Origin: an uncultured bacterium | GTDB taxonomy: Bacteria; RBG-13-61-14; DATKZS01 | DNA: 64,000 nucleotides | Assembly: GCA_964650485.1 (NCBI GenBank) | Contig: CAZYTX010000015.1 | Coordinates: forward strand, 6,182-70,181 | Reading direction: 5' to 3' | In this document: one piece after another, positions 18,047 to 26,944 of the stretch | Numbering within the stretch: position 1 is the stretch's first letter | Layout of the letters: the number at the start of each line of letters is the position of its first letter | The notes under the pieces: generated by a model | Seen by the model: the letters and a program-made list of their open reading frames with translations, nothing else | Told to the model about the DNA's origin: nothing | Database searches by the model: none | Program-made: the position numbers and the translations under genes

Positions 18047-19648
18047 TTGGAATGTAGTAGTGATGGGATTAACATGCCTTCTGCGGAAGAACATAGAAGA
18101 TCGGTGGAAATGATCGCGGACGAGATGATGGCCGAGCTGGCCCGGGTTTTCCCTGTATGCACCATGAGCGACGAGTTCCACTACTTCCCCCAGGCACTGC
18201 CAGGGCGGGACGAGCCTGCAAGCTGGGACGACTTTTCGCCCGAGACCCTCCAGCAGGTGATCAAGAAACTTTCTTCGTGGGAAAGCCTGCTTGCAGGGGT
18301 GGGTGAAAAAAACGCCGACCTGGACACCGTTATTGACGCCTCCATGCTCTCCAGGGCCGCACTCATAATCCGGGAGCAGATAGAGCTTTGCCGCTTCCAC
18401 GCCCGCGAGCCCACCTTCTATCTGACAGTGGCCTGCATGGGCCTTGCCCATGCTCTCGAGAGCAAGGACGCTTCTCTCTTCCGGGAGCGGGCCAGGGGTC
18501 TGGACGGCTTCCTTTCCCAGGGCATGAGAAACCTCGAGCGGGCGCCCCTGCCCTTTCTCGAGCTGGGCATCGAGATGGCCGGCCGGACCAGGGATTGGCT
18601 TGCCAGCCTGGCCGGGGACACCCCCGGGGCCGGGCCAGCGGCCGAGGCAATGGCTCGGTTCGAGCGCGGCCTGAAAGAGCTCCAGCCTTCGGAGGACCTG
18701 CTGCTTGCCCCGGACCTCTACGAGCGCATAGTGCGCGACCATATCTGGTGCGGCGCCGGGGCATTGGAGGTCGAGTCCGAGCTTGACCATGAGATCGAGG
18801 AGCGGACCGCTGTACTGGAAGAGCTGGCCCGAAAAATCGAGCCCGGCTCGAGCTGGCGCGAGGTCCTGGCTAACATGCCCGCGGAGCCCCTGCCCGCGGC
18901 CGGCCTGGTCGGTCTTTACCGGGATGCGGTGGAGGACCTTGCAAGGCACTGCCTTGAAGCGGGCCTTGCAACAGAAGAGCTTGTAAGGACCAATCCGGTG
19001 CGGGTGGCGCCGGTGCCTCCGCACCTCCGGCCCGTGCGCAGCGCCGCGGCCTACAGCATGCCGCCGGGGCGCCCTCCCAGGGGCGGGACGTTTTTCATCC
19101 TAAGCCATGGGCTCTCGCACGACCTTCGCCACACCCTGCAACGAGACTATCGGCTGCTCACAGCGCACGAGACCTGGCCCGGGCATCACCTCCTGGACGC
19201 CACCCGCTGGGGCCTCGTGCAAAGGCTGCGCCGGCCCATGGAGTTCCCCCTTTTCTACGAGGGATGGGCGTGCTTTGCCGAGGGGCTGCTGGCGCAGACA
19301 GGGTGCTTGAGCTCGGGCCCGGACCTCATACTGCTGAACAAGAGGCACCTGCTCAGGGCGGTGCGCGGAAAAGTGGACATAGGGATACAGACCGGGAGCA
19401 TGAGCCTTGATGATGCCGCCCGGTATCTTTACGAGGCCGGCTTTGATAAGGAGGGCGCCCTGCCGCTTGCAAAAAGGTATGCGTTGAAACCTGGATACCA
19501 GCTATGCTATGCTTTCGGCCTCAGAAAGTTCGAGGGGATTTATGGCCGGTCTCACATGGACCCCGCGGAGTTTGCCAAAGCGGTGCTGGGTCGGGGGGAG
19601 ATCGGCTTTGATAACCTCTCGAGAATACTGGAGCGAGAAAACAGATGA
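18047..19648 (+). CDS. DUF885 family protein (putative HExxH-like metallopeptidase)
   Basis: LLTAHETWPGHHLLDATRW matches the HE.vPGHH motif of DUF885. 533 aa, no signal peptide. Stop overlaps the next gene's start by 4 nt. An alternative start at 18074 is possible. Confidence 0.6.
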   Translation: MECSSDGINMPSAEEHRRSVEMIADEMMAELARVFPVCTMSDEFHYFPQALPGRDEPASWDDFSPETLQQVIKKLSSWESLLAGVGEKNADLDTVIDASMLSRAALIIREQIELCRFHAREPTFYLTVACMGLAHALESKDASLFRERARGLDGFLSQGMRNLERAPLPFLELGIEMAGRTRDWLASLAGDTPGAGPAAEAMARFERGLKELQPSEDLLLAPDLYERIVRDHIWCGAGALEVESELDHEIEERTAVLEELARKIEPGSSWREVLANMPAEPLPAAGLVGLYRDAVEDLARHCLEAGLATEELVRTNPVRVAPVPPHLRPVRSAAAYSMPPGRPPRGGTFFILSHGLSHDLRHTLQRDYRLLTAHETWPGHHLLDATRWGLVQRLRRPMEFPLFYEGWACFAEGLLAQTGCLSSGPDLILLNKRHLLRAVRGKVDIGIQTGSMSLDDAARYLYEAGFDKEGALPLAKRYALKPGYQLCYAFGLRKFEGIYGRSHMDPAEFAKAVLGRGEIGFDNLSRILERENR

Positions 19649-21054
19649 GTTTTGCGAATAACAACATTGAACCGGCGCAGTTCCAGGGGTTCCACTCGGA
19701 ATGGAACCTGGGGAGTCCGGGCGGTTGGGACTACCAGAGGACCACGCAGGAGATAGGCAAAAAGGTGTGGGAGAGGATCAACAGCATAAAGCCCGTCGGC
19801 GTCGATCTCGACTTTGACCATCCGTACATGTCGCCGGTGATAACCCTGGCGCACATGCTCGTAAGGGAGCATAAGAAGAGGCGAGGCTCGACCCCGGGCC
19901 TGATAGCGGTGGTTGCGGAGGAGGAGTCGCTAGAGGACGTGACCGAGAACATCAACCTGGCGGCCCAGCTCGACTCCATGGACGGCATCAGCGGTGCGCT
20001 GTTCGCTCCCCACGAGCTGGAGCTTGAAAACGGGGCGCCCTGCTACAAGGGGGAGCCGGTCTCGATCATCTTCATGGACTTCAACTCCGACGTGCTGCTT
20101 TCGCTCCACAAGAAGCACGGCCTGGACCCGCTCATGCGTGCGGTGAAACAGGGCATGGTTATAAACCCCCGCGGCACCGAGCCCATAAACGTAAAGAGCG
20201 TGTTCGAGGTATTGACCGGTCCGGAGAGCGGCCGTTTCCACCCCGAGATAGTGAGGCGCACTCCCTGGACCCGGCAGTTCTATGGCCGCTCCACCGAAGG
20301 TCCGCAAGGGGAGCAGATAAAGGACCTGCCCGAGTGGACGCGGAAGAACTGGGAGCGGCTGGTGCTGAAGCCCGAGCGGGGCTACTCTGGCAAGGGCGTG
20401 AAGGTTGGCGGCGTTGACAAGGAGGACGCGGTGGAGGCGGCCCTGGAGGCCGAAAACTACATAGTGCAGGAGAAGATACCGCTCGCCCTGTGGGGGGAGG
20501 ACGTTCCCGGGCCGGACAAAGAATCTGGCGCGGTGGTCATGAAGAGGTTCCAGACCGACTTCCGCTGCTTTATCGGCGCGGAGGGGCTGCTGGGCTTTTT
20601 GGGCAGGATCGGGGGAGTGCCCACCAACGTGGGAAGCGGAGGAGGCATGCACCCGCTGGCAGTGCTTCGCTCCGAGGTGTCGCCGCGTGAAGCGGTCACG
20701 CGCATGAACGAGGTCATCGCGGGAATGGATTACTCTGACCTTGCCGGGATTCAGGCCATGCAGGAGCAGATGGCCTGCGATCAAAGGTTCACATACCTCT
20801 TGGGACCCATCAAGATAGCCATGCGGCCCCGGGTGCTCACACCCGGACAACTGAAAGCACTGGAGGGTTACTCCAGGGCCATGTGGGAGGACTGCCTTAC
20901 CCTGGAGAAGATGTGGGAGCAGGGCGCGCTGGAGAGGTTCATAAAGATTGACCCGGAGGAACTGGAGATAGCCAGATCACAGCCCTGGCACGGGTCCGCG
21001 GCCATCATCGCCTCGGACGGGCTCTACAGCTTCGGGGCCCACCCGGAGGGGTAA
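19645..21054 (+). CDS. Circularly permuted ATP-grasp superfamily protein (GspS-synthetase-like amide/peptide ligase)
   Basis: 469 aa. ...LKPERGYSGKGVKVG...ENYIVQEKIPL... resembles the nucleotide-binding core of CP-ATP-grasp (DUF404/DUF407-like) proteins. Family assignment is from memory of the motif pattern only. Confidence 0.45.
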   Translation: MSFANNNIEPAQFQGFHSEWNLGSPGGWDYQRTTQEIGKKVWERINSIKPVGVDLDFDHPYMSPVITLAHMLVREHKKRRGSTPGLIAVVAEEESLEDVTENINLAAQLDSMDGISGALFAPHELELENGAPCYKGEPVSIIFMDFNSDVLLSLHKKHGLDPLMRAVKQGMVINPRGTEPINVKSVFEVLTGPESGRFHPEIVRRTPWTRQFYGRSTEGPQGEQIKDLPEWTRKNWERLVLKPERGYSGKGVKVGGVDKEDAVEAALEAENYIVQEKIPLALWGEDVPGPDKESGAVVMKRFQTDFRCFIGAEGLLGFLGRIGGVPTNVGSGGGMHPLAVLRSEVSPREAVTRMNEVIAGMDYSDLAGIQAMQEQMACDQRFTYLLGPIKIAMRPRVLTPGQLKALEGYSRAMWEDCLTLEKMWEQGALERFIKIDPEELEIARSQPWHGSAAIIASDGLYSFGAHPEG

Positions 21055-21827
21055 TGGACCTCCATCCCGACCCGGACTGGTGGAAGACCCTTTTCGACCA
21101 GGTGTACCTTTTGACCGACGCCCGGTCGGTGTGCGACGCGGACGTGACCCGGAAAGAGGCCGCGCTGGTGGCTGATATAGCCGGCCTGGGCCCGGGCCAC
21201 AAGGTTTTGGACCTGTGCGGGGGCCACGGCAGGCACAGCATGGAGCTTTCCGGCAGAGGGTGCAGGTGCACGGTGTTCGACTACTCCGAGTTTCTGCTGG
21301 ACAAGGGCAGGGCCGAGGCCGAGGAGCGCGGGCTCGATATAGAGTTCGTGCAGGGCGACGCCAGGAGCACGGGACTCGAGAGCGAGTGCTTCGACCGGGT
21401 GCTCATACTGGGCAACTCGCTCGGCTACCTTTGGGAGCCGTCAGCGGACCTTGACATTCTCCGCGAGGCCCACAGGGTGCTCCGGCCGGGCGGGATGATA
21501 GTGCTGGACGTGACCGACGGAGGCCGGGCAAGCAAGCTCTCGCCCCTGGCCTGGCACGAGACGGGGGAGGACGTAGTGGTGTGCAGGCAGCGCCTCCTCC
21601 ATGACGGTTCCGTATACACGCGCGAGCTGGTGATGAGCAAAGAGAGGGGCCTGGTCAGGGACTGCACCTACCAGGTGAGGCTCTATGACCGCTTGTCCAT
21701 CCTGGACCTGGCCGAGCGGGCGGGTTTCGAAGGCGTCCGGGTGATAGACTTCAGAAGAGACCAGGACGGGGGCGACTACGGTTTCATGAACAACCGCATT
21801 ATCATATGCGGGGGTAAGCAGGAGTAA
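21054..21827 (+). CDS. Class I SAM-dependent methyltransferase
   Basis: VLDLCGGHGRHSMEL (motif I, G-x-G-x-G) ... VFDYSEFLL ... DRVLILGNSLGYL ... LRPGGMIVLDV. Start codon overlaps the upstream stop (TAATG). Confidence 0.75.
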   Translation: MDLHPDPDWWKTLFDQVYLLTDARSVCDADVTRKEAALVADIAGLGPGHKVLDLCGGHGRHSMELSGRGCRCTVFDYSEFLLDKGRAEAEERGLDIEFVQGDARSTGLESECFDRVLILGNSLGYLWEPSADLDILREAHRVLRPGGMIVLDVTDGGRASKLSPLAWHETGEDVVVCRQRLLHDGSVYTRELVMSKERGLVRDCTYQVRLYDRLSILDLAERAGFEGVRVIDFRRDQDGGDYGFMNNRIIICGGKQE

Positions 21828-21833
21828 GGATTT

Positions 21834-22517
21834 ATGGACAGGTGCGTCATTGAGTGGCCTGGCAGGGCTTTGCTGCCCAGGACCGTTGTAAGGCTGAGCC
21901 GGGCAAAGAGGCGGTTCAAGGGGAAGGCCCTTTTCGAGCGCATGCTGGGGATCAGCGGGACCATCGAGTTCTACTTCGCATTTGACGACCCCTACAGCGC
22001 CATAGCCCTGCCCAAGATGATGGAGCTGGTCTCGGACAGGGAGCTTGAGATCGAGCTCTTCCCCCTGGCTGAGCACGGCATACCCGGAGACCCTGACATA
22101 GACAAGAGGCGGGCCTACTCGCTGGCGGACGCCGCCAGGCTGGGAAAGAGGCTCGGGGTGGAGATAAACAGGACCAGCCCGCTCGATCCCGACAAGGTCC
22201 TCTTCCTTGCCGCCTGGGCTGAAAGCGCCCGGGAGGTCATGTGCATGGACGACTTCTCCGAGCGGGCCATGGCAATGCTCTGGGCCAGGGACCAGGAGCC
22301 CGGGCCGGGGTCATACGTCGAAATATACGAGCGCACCGTGGGCATTGACCCGCTCGATGACCCCTCCGAGTACGCAGAGGAGCTCGAGGCCAACTTGAAG
22401 AGGCTCCGCAGGAAGGGGCACTGGGAGGTCCCCGCGGCCCTGGTGTATGGCCAGTGGTACTTTGCACACGAGCGGCTGGAGGCAATCGAAGAGCGGCTCG
22501 ACTTTCTGGGAAGGTGA
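21834..22517 (+). CDS. DsbA-like thioredoxin-fold protein, 2-hydroxychromene-2-carboxylate isomerase / kappa-GST family (paralog 1)
   Basis: IEFYFAFDDPYSAIA ... HWEVPALVYGQWYFAHERLEAIEERL parallels paralog 2. The true start may be the internal ATG at 21942 (MLGISGTIEFYF). Confidence 0.55.
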   Translation: MDRCVIEWPGRALLPRTVVRLSRAKRRFKGKALFERMLGISGTIEFYFAFDDPYSAIALPKMMELVSDRELEIELFPLAEHGIPGDPDIDKRRAYSLADAARLGKRLGVEINRTSPLDPDKVLFLAAWAESAREVMCMDDFSERAMAMLWARDQEPGPGSYVEIYERTVGIDPLDDPSEYAEELEANLKRLRRKGHWEVPAALVYGQWYFAHERLEAIEERLDFLGR

Positions 22518-22520
22518 TCC

Positions 22521-23114
22521 ATGGAAAAGATCAGGGTCGAGTTCTTCTTCTCATTCAGAAGCCCCTACTCTTACCTGGCCGGGCCGCGCGCGTTCGCATT
22601 GCCGGAGAAGTACGGCGTCGAGCTGGTCTTTCGGGGGGTCCGGCCCATGGTGACCAGGGGGGTGCCGTTGCCATCTGCCAAGCGGCTCTACATCCTGCTG
22701 GATGCGGCCAGGGAAGCCGAGCGGCTGGGCATGCCCTTCGGAAAGATATACGACCCTCTTGGCGAGGGTGCTCTGCGATGTCTTTACGTGGCCGAGCACG
22801 CAAAAGAGAGCGGCAGGCTCTCCGAGTTCGTGCTGGCCGCGAGCAGGGCCGTCTGGGCCGAAGGGGTGTGCGTGGCCGGGGACAGGGGCCTCAAGAGGGT
22901 GTGCGACTCAGTGGGTCTCGACTGGGAGGGGTGCAGGGCCGCGCTCGAAAACCCCGAGTACCACCGGCGCATCGAGGACAACGTGACGAGGCTCCTGGAG
23001 CTGGGCCACTGGGGCGTGCCCCTGTTCCACGTGAACGGCGAGCTCTTCTGGGGCCAGGACAGAATACCGGACCTGGAGGATGCCCTGGCCCGTGTGTGCG
23101 AGAAACGGGAATAG
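22521..23114 (+). CDS. DsbA-like thioredoxin-fold protein, 2-hydroxychromene-2-carboxylate isomerase / kappa-GST family (paralog 2)
   Basis: VEFFFSFRSPYSYLA ... HWGVPLFHVNGELFWGQDRIPDLEDAL is the HCCA-isomerase/DSBA pattern. Starts 3 nt after paralog 1. Confidence 0.6.
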   Translation: MEKIRVEFFFSFRSPYSYLAGPRAFALPEKYGVELVFRGVRPMVTRGVPLPSAKRLYILLDAAREAERLGMPFGKIYDPLGEGALRCLYVAEHAKESGRLSEFVLAASRAVWAEGVCVAGDRGLKRVCDSVGLDWEGCRAALENPEYHRRIEDNVTRLLELGHWGVPLFHVNGELFWGQDRIPDLEDALARVCEKRE

Positions 23115-23162
23115 GTCTTCGCTTCATTGATGCAATTGCAAGGCTATGCTCCGCTTGCCGGC

Positions 23163-24245
23163 TCACCCTTCCACGCCGTTTCTTATGTAGAGGGCGCACT
23201 TGGTAATTTTTTCCGGAATTTCTGACATTTGGATGGTTCTTTCCATGCTGGCCGGGGAGGATGTATCCGGAAGCTCTATCAAGGCGAACACCTGAAGCAA
23301 AGTCCCATTTGCTTTAGGCTTGAGCTTGATCTCCATGAACCCCAACTGTTCCGGGCTTACAAGGTATACCCTTTGAGAGTAAAGCTTTTCCTCGCTGCTT
23401 ATCAGCGTAAATGTGTCAAGAGGATGCCTGGAGTGGCCATGCTCTGAGTAGGCCGCACAATGAAACACCGGCTTGTCCTCGGGGAAGCTGTATAGGCAAC
23501 CATCGTTTGATCTGACGAGCTGCAGAAATTGGGCGCCGCTTTTTTTTAGCCAGGCCACGGACTCTTCCATGCCGGCGTCAATCCATACACTCACTTCATG
23601 TGCGGGATAAATGGTGTCGAATATCTCGCCGCGAAGCCCCTTGGACACGACCTCCTGCGGGTCCAGGCCGGGATTGAAATGCGCCTGCATGCGCGCGAGC
23701 TGAAGGTCCATGTCTTTGTAACCCTTGTCAATGAAAAGACGGGTGATGCTCTCGATGTGGCTTAAAAACCCGCGGCTCGGCACTTGTAAACCGGAGTCGA
23801 TGCGTATGCGGACCTTATCACCCACGGGTTCGAAACGCCATTTGCGGAACTGGAATATCTCCGGGCTGTGCCATAAGAACCAGGTGTTCTCCTGGTCGTT
23901 CTTTACCAGTATCATCCTGCCCGTAAACTTGTAAAAGAGCTTCCACGCCGTAAACCGGATGCTCTCGCCTAGTGGAGTGGATTTATCACCGACTGTAATC
24001 TCTGCTTCCTGTTCCACACTGGTGGTGGGCAAACTGACATGTGCGGGGTTGGAAAGGTAGTTGAAGACCTGTTCAAGAGTGGCGTCCACGGTTACGTTCT
24101 GCTGGAAGCTCCTTATCGCCACTGTGAATGAGCTTTCAACAAGCTCTTTGCCGGCAATTCCTTGGACCGATTCATCATCGGAAAAACTCCCGCCAAAGCA
24201 TACAGCCGCAACACCAAGAAAAAGAATAATCCTTTTAAAAGGCAT
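23163..24245 (-). CDS. Secreted hypothetical protein (360 aa) in a visibly lower-GC patch; possible tandem SRPBCC/Bet-v1-like lipid-binding domains
   Basis: Signal peptide MPFKRIILFLGVAAVCFGGS. Coding sequence is AT-richer than its neighbours (runs like ggtaattttttccggaatttctgacatttgg). The domain guess rests only on the alternating beta-rich hydrophobic pattern. Confidence 0.45.
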   Translation of the reverse strand: MPFKRIILFLGVAAVCFGGSFSDDESVQGIAGKELVESSFTVAIRSFQQNVTVDATLEQVFNYLSNPAHVSLPTTSVEQEAEITVGDKSTPLGESIRFTAWKLFYKFTGRMILVKNDQENTWFLWHSPEIFQFRKWRFEPVGDKVRIRIDSGLQVPSRGFLSHIESITRLFIDKGYKDMDLQLARMQAHFNPGLDPQEVVSKGLRGEIFDTIYPAHEVSVWIDAGMEESVAWLKKSGAQFLQLVRSNDGCLYSFPEDKPVFHCAAYSEHGHSRHPLDTFTLISSEEKLYSQRVYLVSPEQLGFMEIKLKPKANGTLLQVFALIELPDTSSPASMERTIQMSEIPEKITKCALYIRNGVEG

Positions 24246-24374
24246 CTTTGCCTCTCCTTATGGCACTACAGTATTTTACGCTCTTATGGAAATGTCAACT
24301 TGAAAGAAAGTTTATGAGATTTCTTGACAATAGACATACTAACTTGCCATGATAGACCCTCTAAGGCGGAAAGT

Positions 24375-25535
24375 ATGAAAGAGTTCAAGCCGCGGGAACC
24401 AAAGCCCGACTTCCAGGCCATGGAAGCAATGATAAAAGGCGAGATCGAGCCCGAGAAGGTCCGCCTTGCCGAGCTGGTGGTTGACTTCGAGGTCATCGCC
24501 TGGGTGCTTGACAAGCTCTTCAACGAGAAGATGATGACCCTGGCCGAGGCCTACCACCCGGACGAGATCAGCGCCTCCCTCAAGCAAGGCAAGGGGGTCC
24601 AGCCCATGGCCGGGGAAAAGGAGAGGCTCTTCTGGAAGCAGTACGCGTCCTTCTTTTACAGGATGGGGTACGACTTCGTGACCGACCTCGGACCCATGGG
24701 CTACCTGCTCTTCATGACCACGCCTTCGCTAAGGATCGCCGACGACACCGCGGAGCTCTCGCGCGGCAAGAGGCTGTGGGCGGAGGAGGGCAGGGGAAAG
24801 ATCGCCTCCTGGGATGACTTCGAGAGATTCAACTGGGACGGGCTGAAGCTGAACCTGGAGGCATGGGCAGAGTTCTGGGAGAGCACCCTGCCGGAGGGCA
24901 TGAAGATAGCCGTGAACTGCAGCCTTTACGAGCAGGTGCTTGAGAGGCTCATGGGCTACGAGGGGCTGTTCTACAACCTGGTTGACCAGCCCGACCTTGT
25001 AAAGGCGGTGTTCGACAAGTGGGGAGAGATAGTGGAGGGCTTCTACCTGCAGGCGATAAAAAGCCATGCCGCGGGGCTCATCTTCCACTCGGACGACCTG
25101 GGCTACAAGTCCCGCACCATGATCAGCCCGGACCAGCTCCGGGAGTACGTGTTCCCCTGGTTCAAGAGGTACGCCCAGATCGCGCACTCCGAGGGCAAGA
25201 TGTTCTGGCTGCACTCGTGCGGGAACCTGCTCGGGGTGATGGACGACCTTATTGACCACGTGGGCATAGACGCTTTCCACTCCTTCCAGGACCAGATCAT
25301 ACCCGTGGCCGAATTCAAGAGGGAGTACGGGCACAGGGTGGCCGCGCTTGGCGGCGTGGACGTGGACAACCTCGCCAGGATGGACGAGCAGTCTCTCCGG
25401 GCCTGTTGCCGCGGGGTGCTCTCCGGGTGCATGCCCGGCCGCTATGCATTCGGCTCGGGCAACTCCATCACAAACTACATGCCCGTCTCGAACTACCTTG
25501 CCATGCTGGAGGAGGCGGGAAGGTTCAAGGTATGA
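24375..25535 (+). CDS. Uroporphyrinogen decarboxylase (URO-D) family protein, MtaA/CmuA-like methylcobamide methyltransferase or decarboxylase
   Basis: ...FHSDDLGYKSRTMISPDQLREYVFPWFKRY...FWLHSCGNLLGVMDDLIDHVGIDAFHS... matches the URO-D/MtaA TIM-barrel signature. Start chosen at MKEFKPRE with upstream AAGGCGGAAAG. Confidence 0.55.
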   Translation: MKEFKPREPKPDFQAMEAMIKGEIEPEKVRLAELVVDFEVIAWVLDKLFNEKMMTLAEAYHPDEISASLKQGKGVQPMAGEKERLFWKQYASFFYRMGYDFVTDLGPMGYLLFMTTPSLRIADDTAELSRGKRLWAEEGRGKIASWDDFERFNWDGLKLNLEAWAEFWESTLPEGMKIAVNCSLYEQVLERLMGYEGLFYNLVDQPDLVKAVFDKWGEIVEGFYLQAIKSHAAGLIFHSDDLGYKSRTMISPDQLREYVFPWFKRYAQIAHSEGKMFWLHSCGNLLGVMDDLIDHVGIDAFHSFQDQIIPVAEFKREYGHRVAALGGVDVDNLARMDEQSLRACCRGVLSGCMPGRYAFGSGNSITNYMPVSNYLAMLEEAGRFKV

Positions 25536-25560
25536 GCTTTTGTCAGCCGGCCCGTCTTTA

Positions 25561-25740
25561 TCAGCCGCCCGGTTCGACCGCTACCCTGGCGTCGTCAATG
25601 CAGTTTCTGAGCTCGTCTTCGGTGGCGTGTTCGGGGTCCTTGAGGGATTCCCGCGGACAGATGAACTCGTTGCCCGCTTTATCTTTCACCCTTACAAAGC
25701 TCTGTCTTTTCCCGGGTGTATTCACTTCACCGTCGGTCAT
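25561..25740 (-). CDS. Small hypothetical protein (59-64 aa)
   Basis: ORF has GAAAGG 7 nt upstream of the internal ATG at 25740. A 13-bp perfect palindrome AACTTACTAAGTT lies at 25761-25773 just upstream. No recognisable family. Confidence 0.3.
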   Translation of the reverse strand: MTDGEVNTPGKRQSFVRVKDKAGNEFICPRESLKDPEHATEDELRNCIDDARVAVEPGG

Positions 25741-25917
25741 GGCTAGCCTTTCCATTCCTTAACTTACTAAGTTAGATAATCACGGTGTGCGATAAGTCAA
25801 GGAGGGGAGTGAGCGGGGTCAGCCCACATAGCTGTTTGCGCTATGTTTTGTGTGAAGTTAAGGAGGAAAGGAGGCATGCAGATGGATGTGAAAGCTCATG
25901 AGCCGGCTATGAATTCC

Positions 25918-26913
25918 CTACTTCTCCACTATGGTCTCTTCGATCTTGACCCCGAAGTGTCGGCCGGCCTGCTCCAGGTACGCCAGCACCCGGTCCCCCG
26001 GTTTCAGCTCGGTGATGGATGCGGGCTCGCCGCCCGGCCGGGTCAGCCTTATGGTCTCTGCGTTCTGCATGACCAGTGACAGGGGCTCTCCCTTGTAGGC
26101 CGCTTCCACCAGCATCATGGGCCTTTTCTCCACCTTGGCCCTGCCCACGAAGCCGACCTCGGTGTTTCCCTTGTGGTCAACTATCAAAACCGGGTCGCCT
26201 ATGCTTATGTCCGCGAGGTAGGCTGTCTTTCCCTCGGGCGCCCGGGTGTATGCGTGCACCGCGCCGGCGTTCACGCGGAAGGGCCGGGTGGCGCAGTACG
26301 GGGTCTCCACGTTCTCGGCGTGCACCAGGAACATGCCCGAGCTTGCGTTGCCCACCAGGAGCCCCTGGCCGGGCGCCATGTTGGTGATGGTGTCAACGCA
26401 CACCCTGTCCCCCATTCCCAGGGGCTTTATTGACTTTATTGTGGCCTGGACGAGCTTTAGCTTCTCGCCCTTCTCCCGTATCACCGCCGCGGTCTTTTTA
26501 ATCTCGGAGAGGTCGTCGCTGTCCAGGACCACGCCTTCCACGCCCCTCTCCATTATCTTCAGGGCGATGCCGGCCTCCTCCGCGCTCCGCACCCATGCCA
26601 GCAGCCCCTTCCCCCGCTTTGCGATCAGGTTCTCCAGGGGAATGACCTTCCAGTCGCTGGTCTTTACGATCACCTTGTCCGCGCGCTCGCGCATGACCGC
26701 GGCCTCGTCCTTCTGGGATGATACCTTGCGCTCGACCACGTCCTGGCCGAGCTTTAAGTCCCCGTCCGGGGCCACTGTCTTCATCAGCCCGAGCGCATGC
26801 ACCTTGTCGGTCTGGCCCTTTGGCACCAGCACCGCTTCGGCCCCGCTCTCCAGGGCGGCGGTCACCACGTTTTTCTTATACGGTCTGGCATTGACCCAGA
26901 AAGTCCTGGCCAT
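25918..26913 (-). CDS. aroB': 3-dehydroquinate synthase II (archaeal-type AroB', acts on 2-amino-3,7-dideoxy-D-threo-hept-6-ulosonate)
   Basis: 331 aa. The N-terminal MARTFWVNARPYKKNVVTAALESGAEAVLV ... and length/architecture match DHQ synthase II (PF01959), and it is co-located with an AroA'-type aldolase. Confidence 0.65.
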   Translation of the reverse strand: MARTFWVNARPYKKNVVTAALESGAEAVLVPKGQTDKVHALGLMKTVAPDGDLKLGQDVVERKVSSQKDEAAVMRERADKVIVKTSDWKVIPLENLIAKRGKGLLAWVRSAEEAGIALKIMERGVEGVVLDSDDLSEIKKTAAVIREKGEKLKLVQATIKSIKPLGMGDRVCVDTITNMAPGQGLLVGNASSGMFLVHAENVETPYCATRPFRVNAGAVHAYTRAPEGKTAYLADISIGDPVLIVDHKGNTEVGFVGRAKVEKRPMMLVEAAYKGEPLSLVMQNAETIRLTRPGGEPASITELKPGDRVLAYLEQAGRHFGVKIEETIVEK

Positions 26914-26944
26914 TACATGCTCCTTTTCTGCATGCGCTGTCTGT

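Noticed and set aside
25843-26079. 78-aa plus-strand ORF preceded by a strong-looking SD (AAGGAGGAAAGGAGG) overlapping the 3' end of aroB' on the opposite strand
   Set aside because: The purine-rich run may be a real RBS for a tiny peptide. But the ORF runs antisense through conserved aroB' coding sequence and has no recognisable features. Kept out of the feature list, but worth a glance in ribosome-profiling data.
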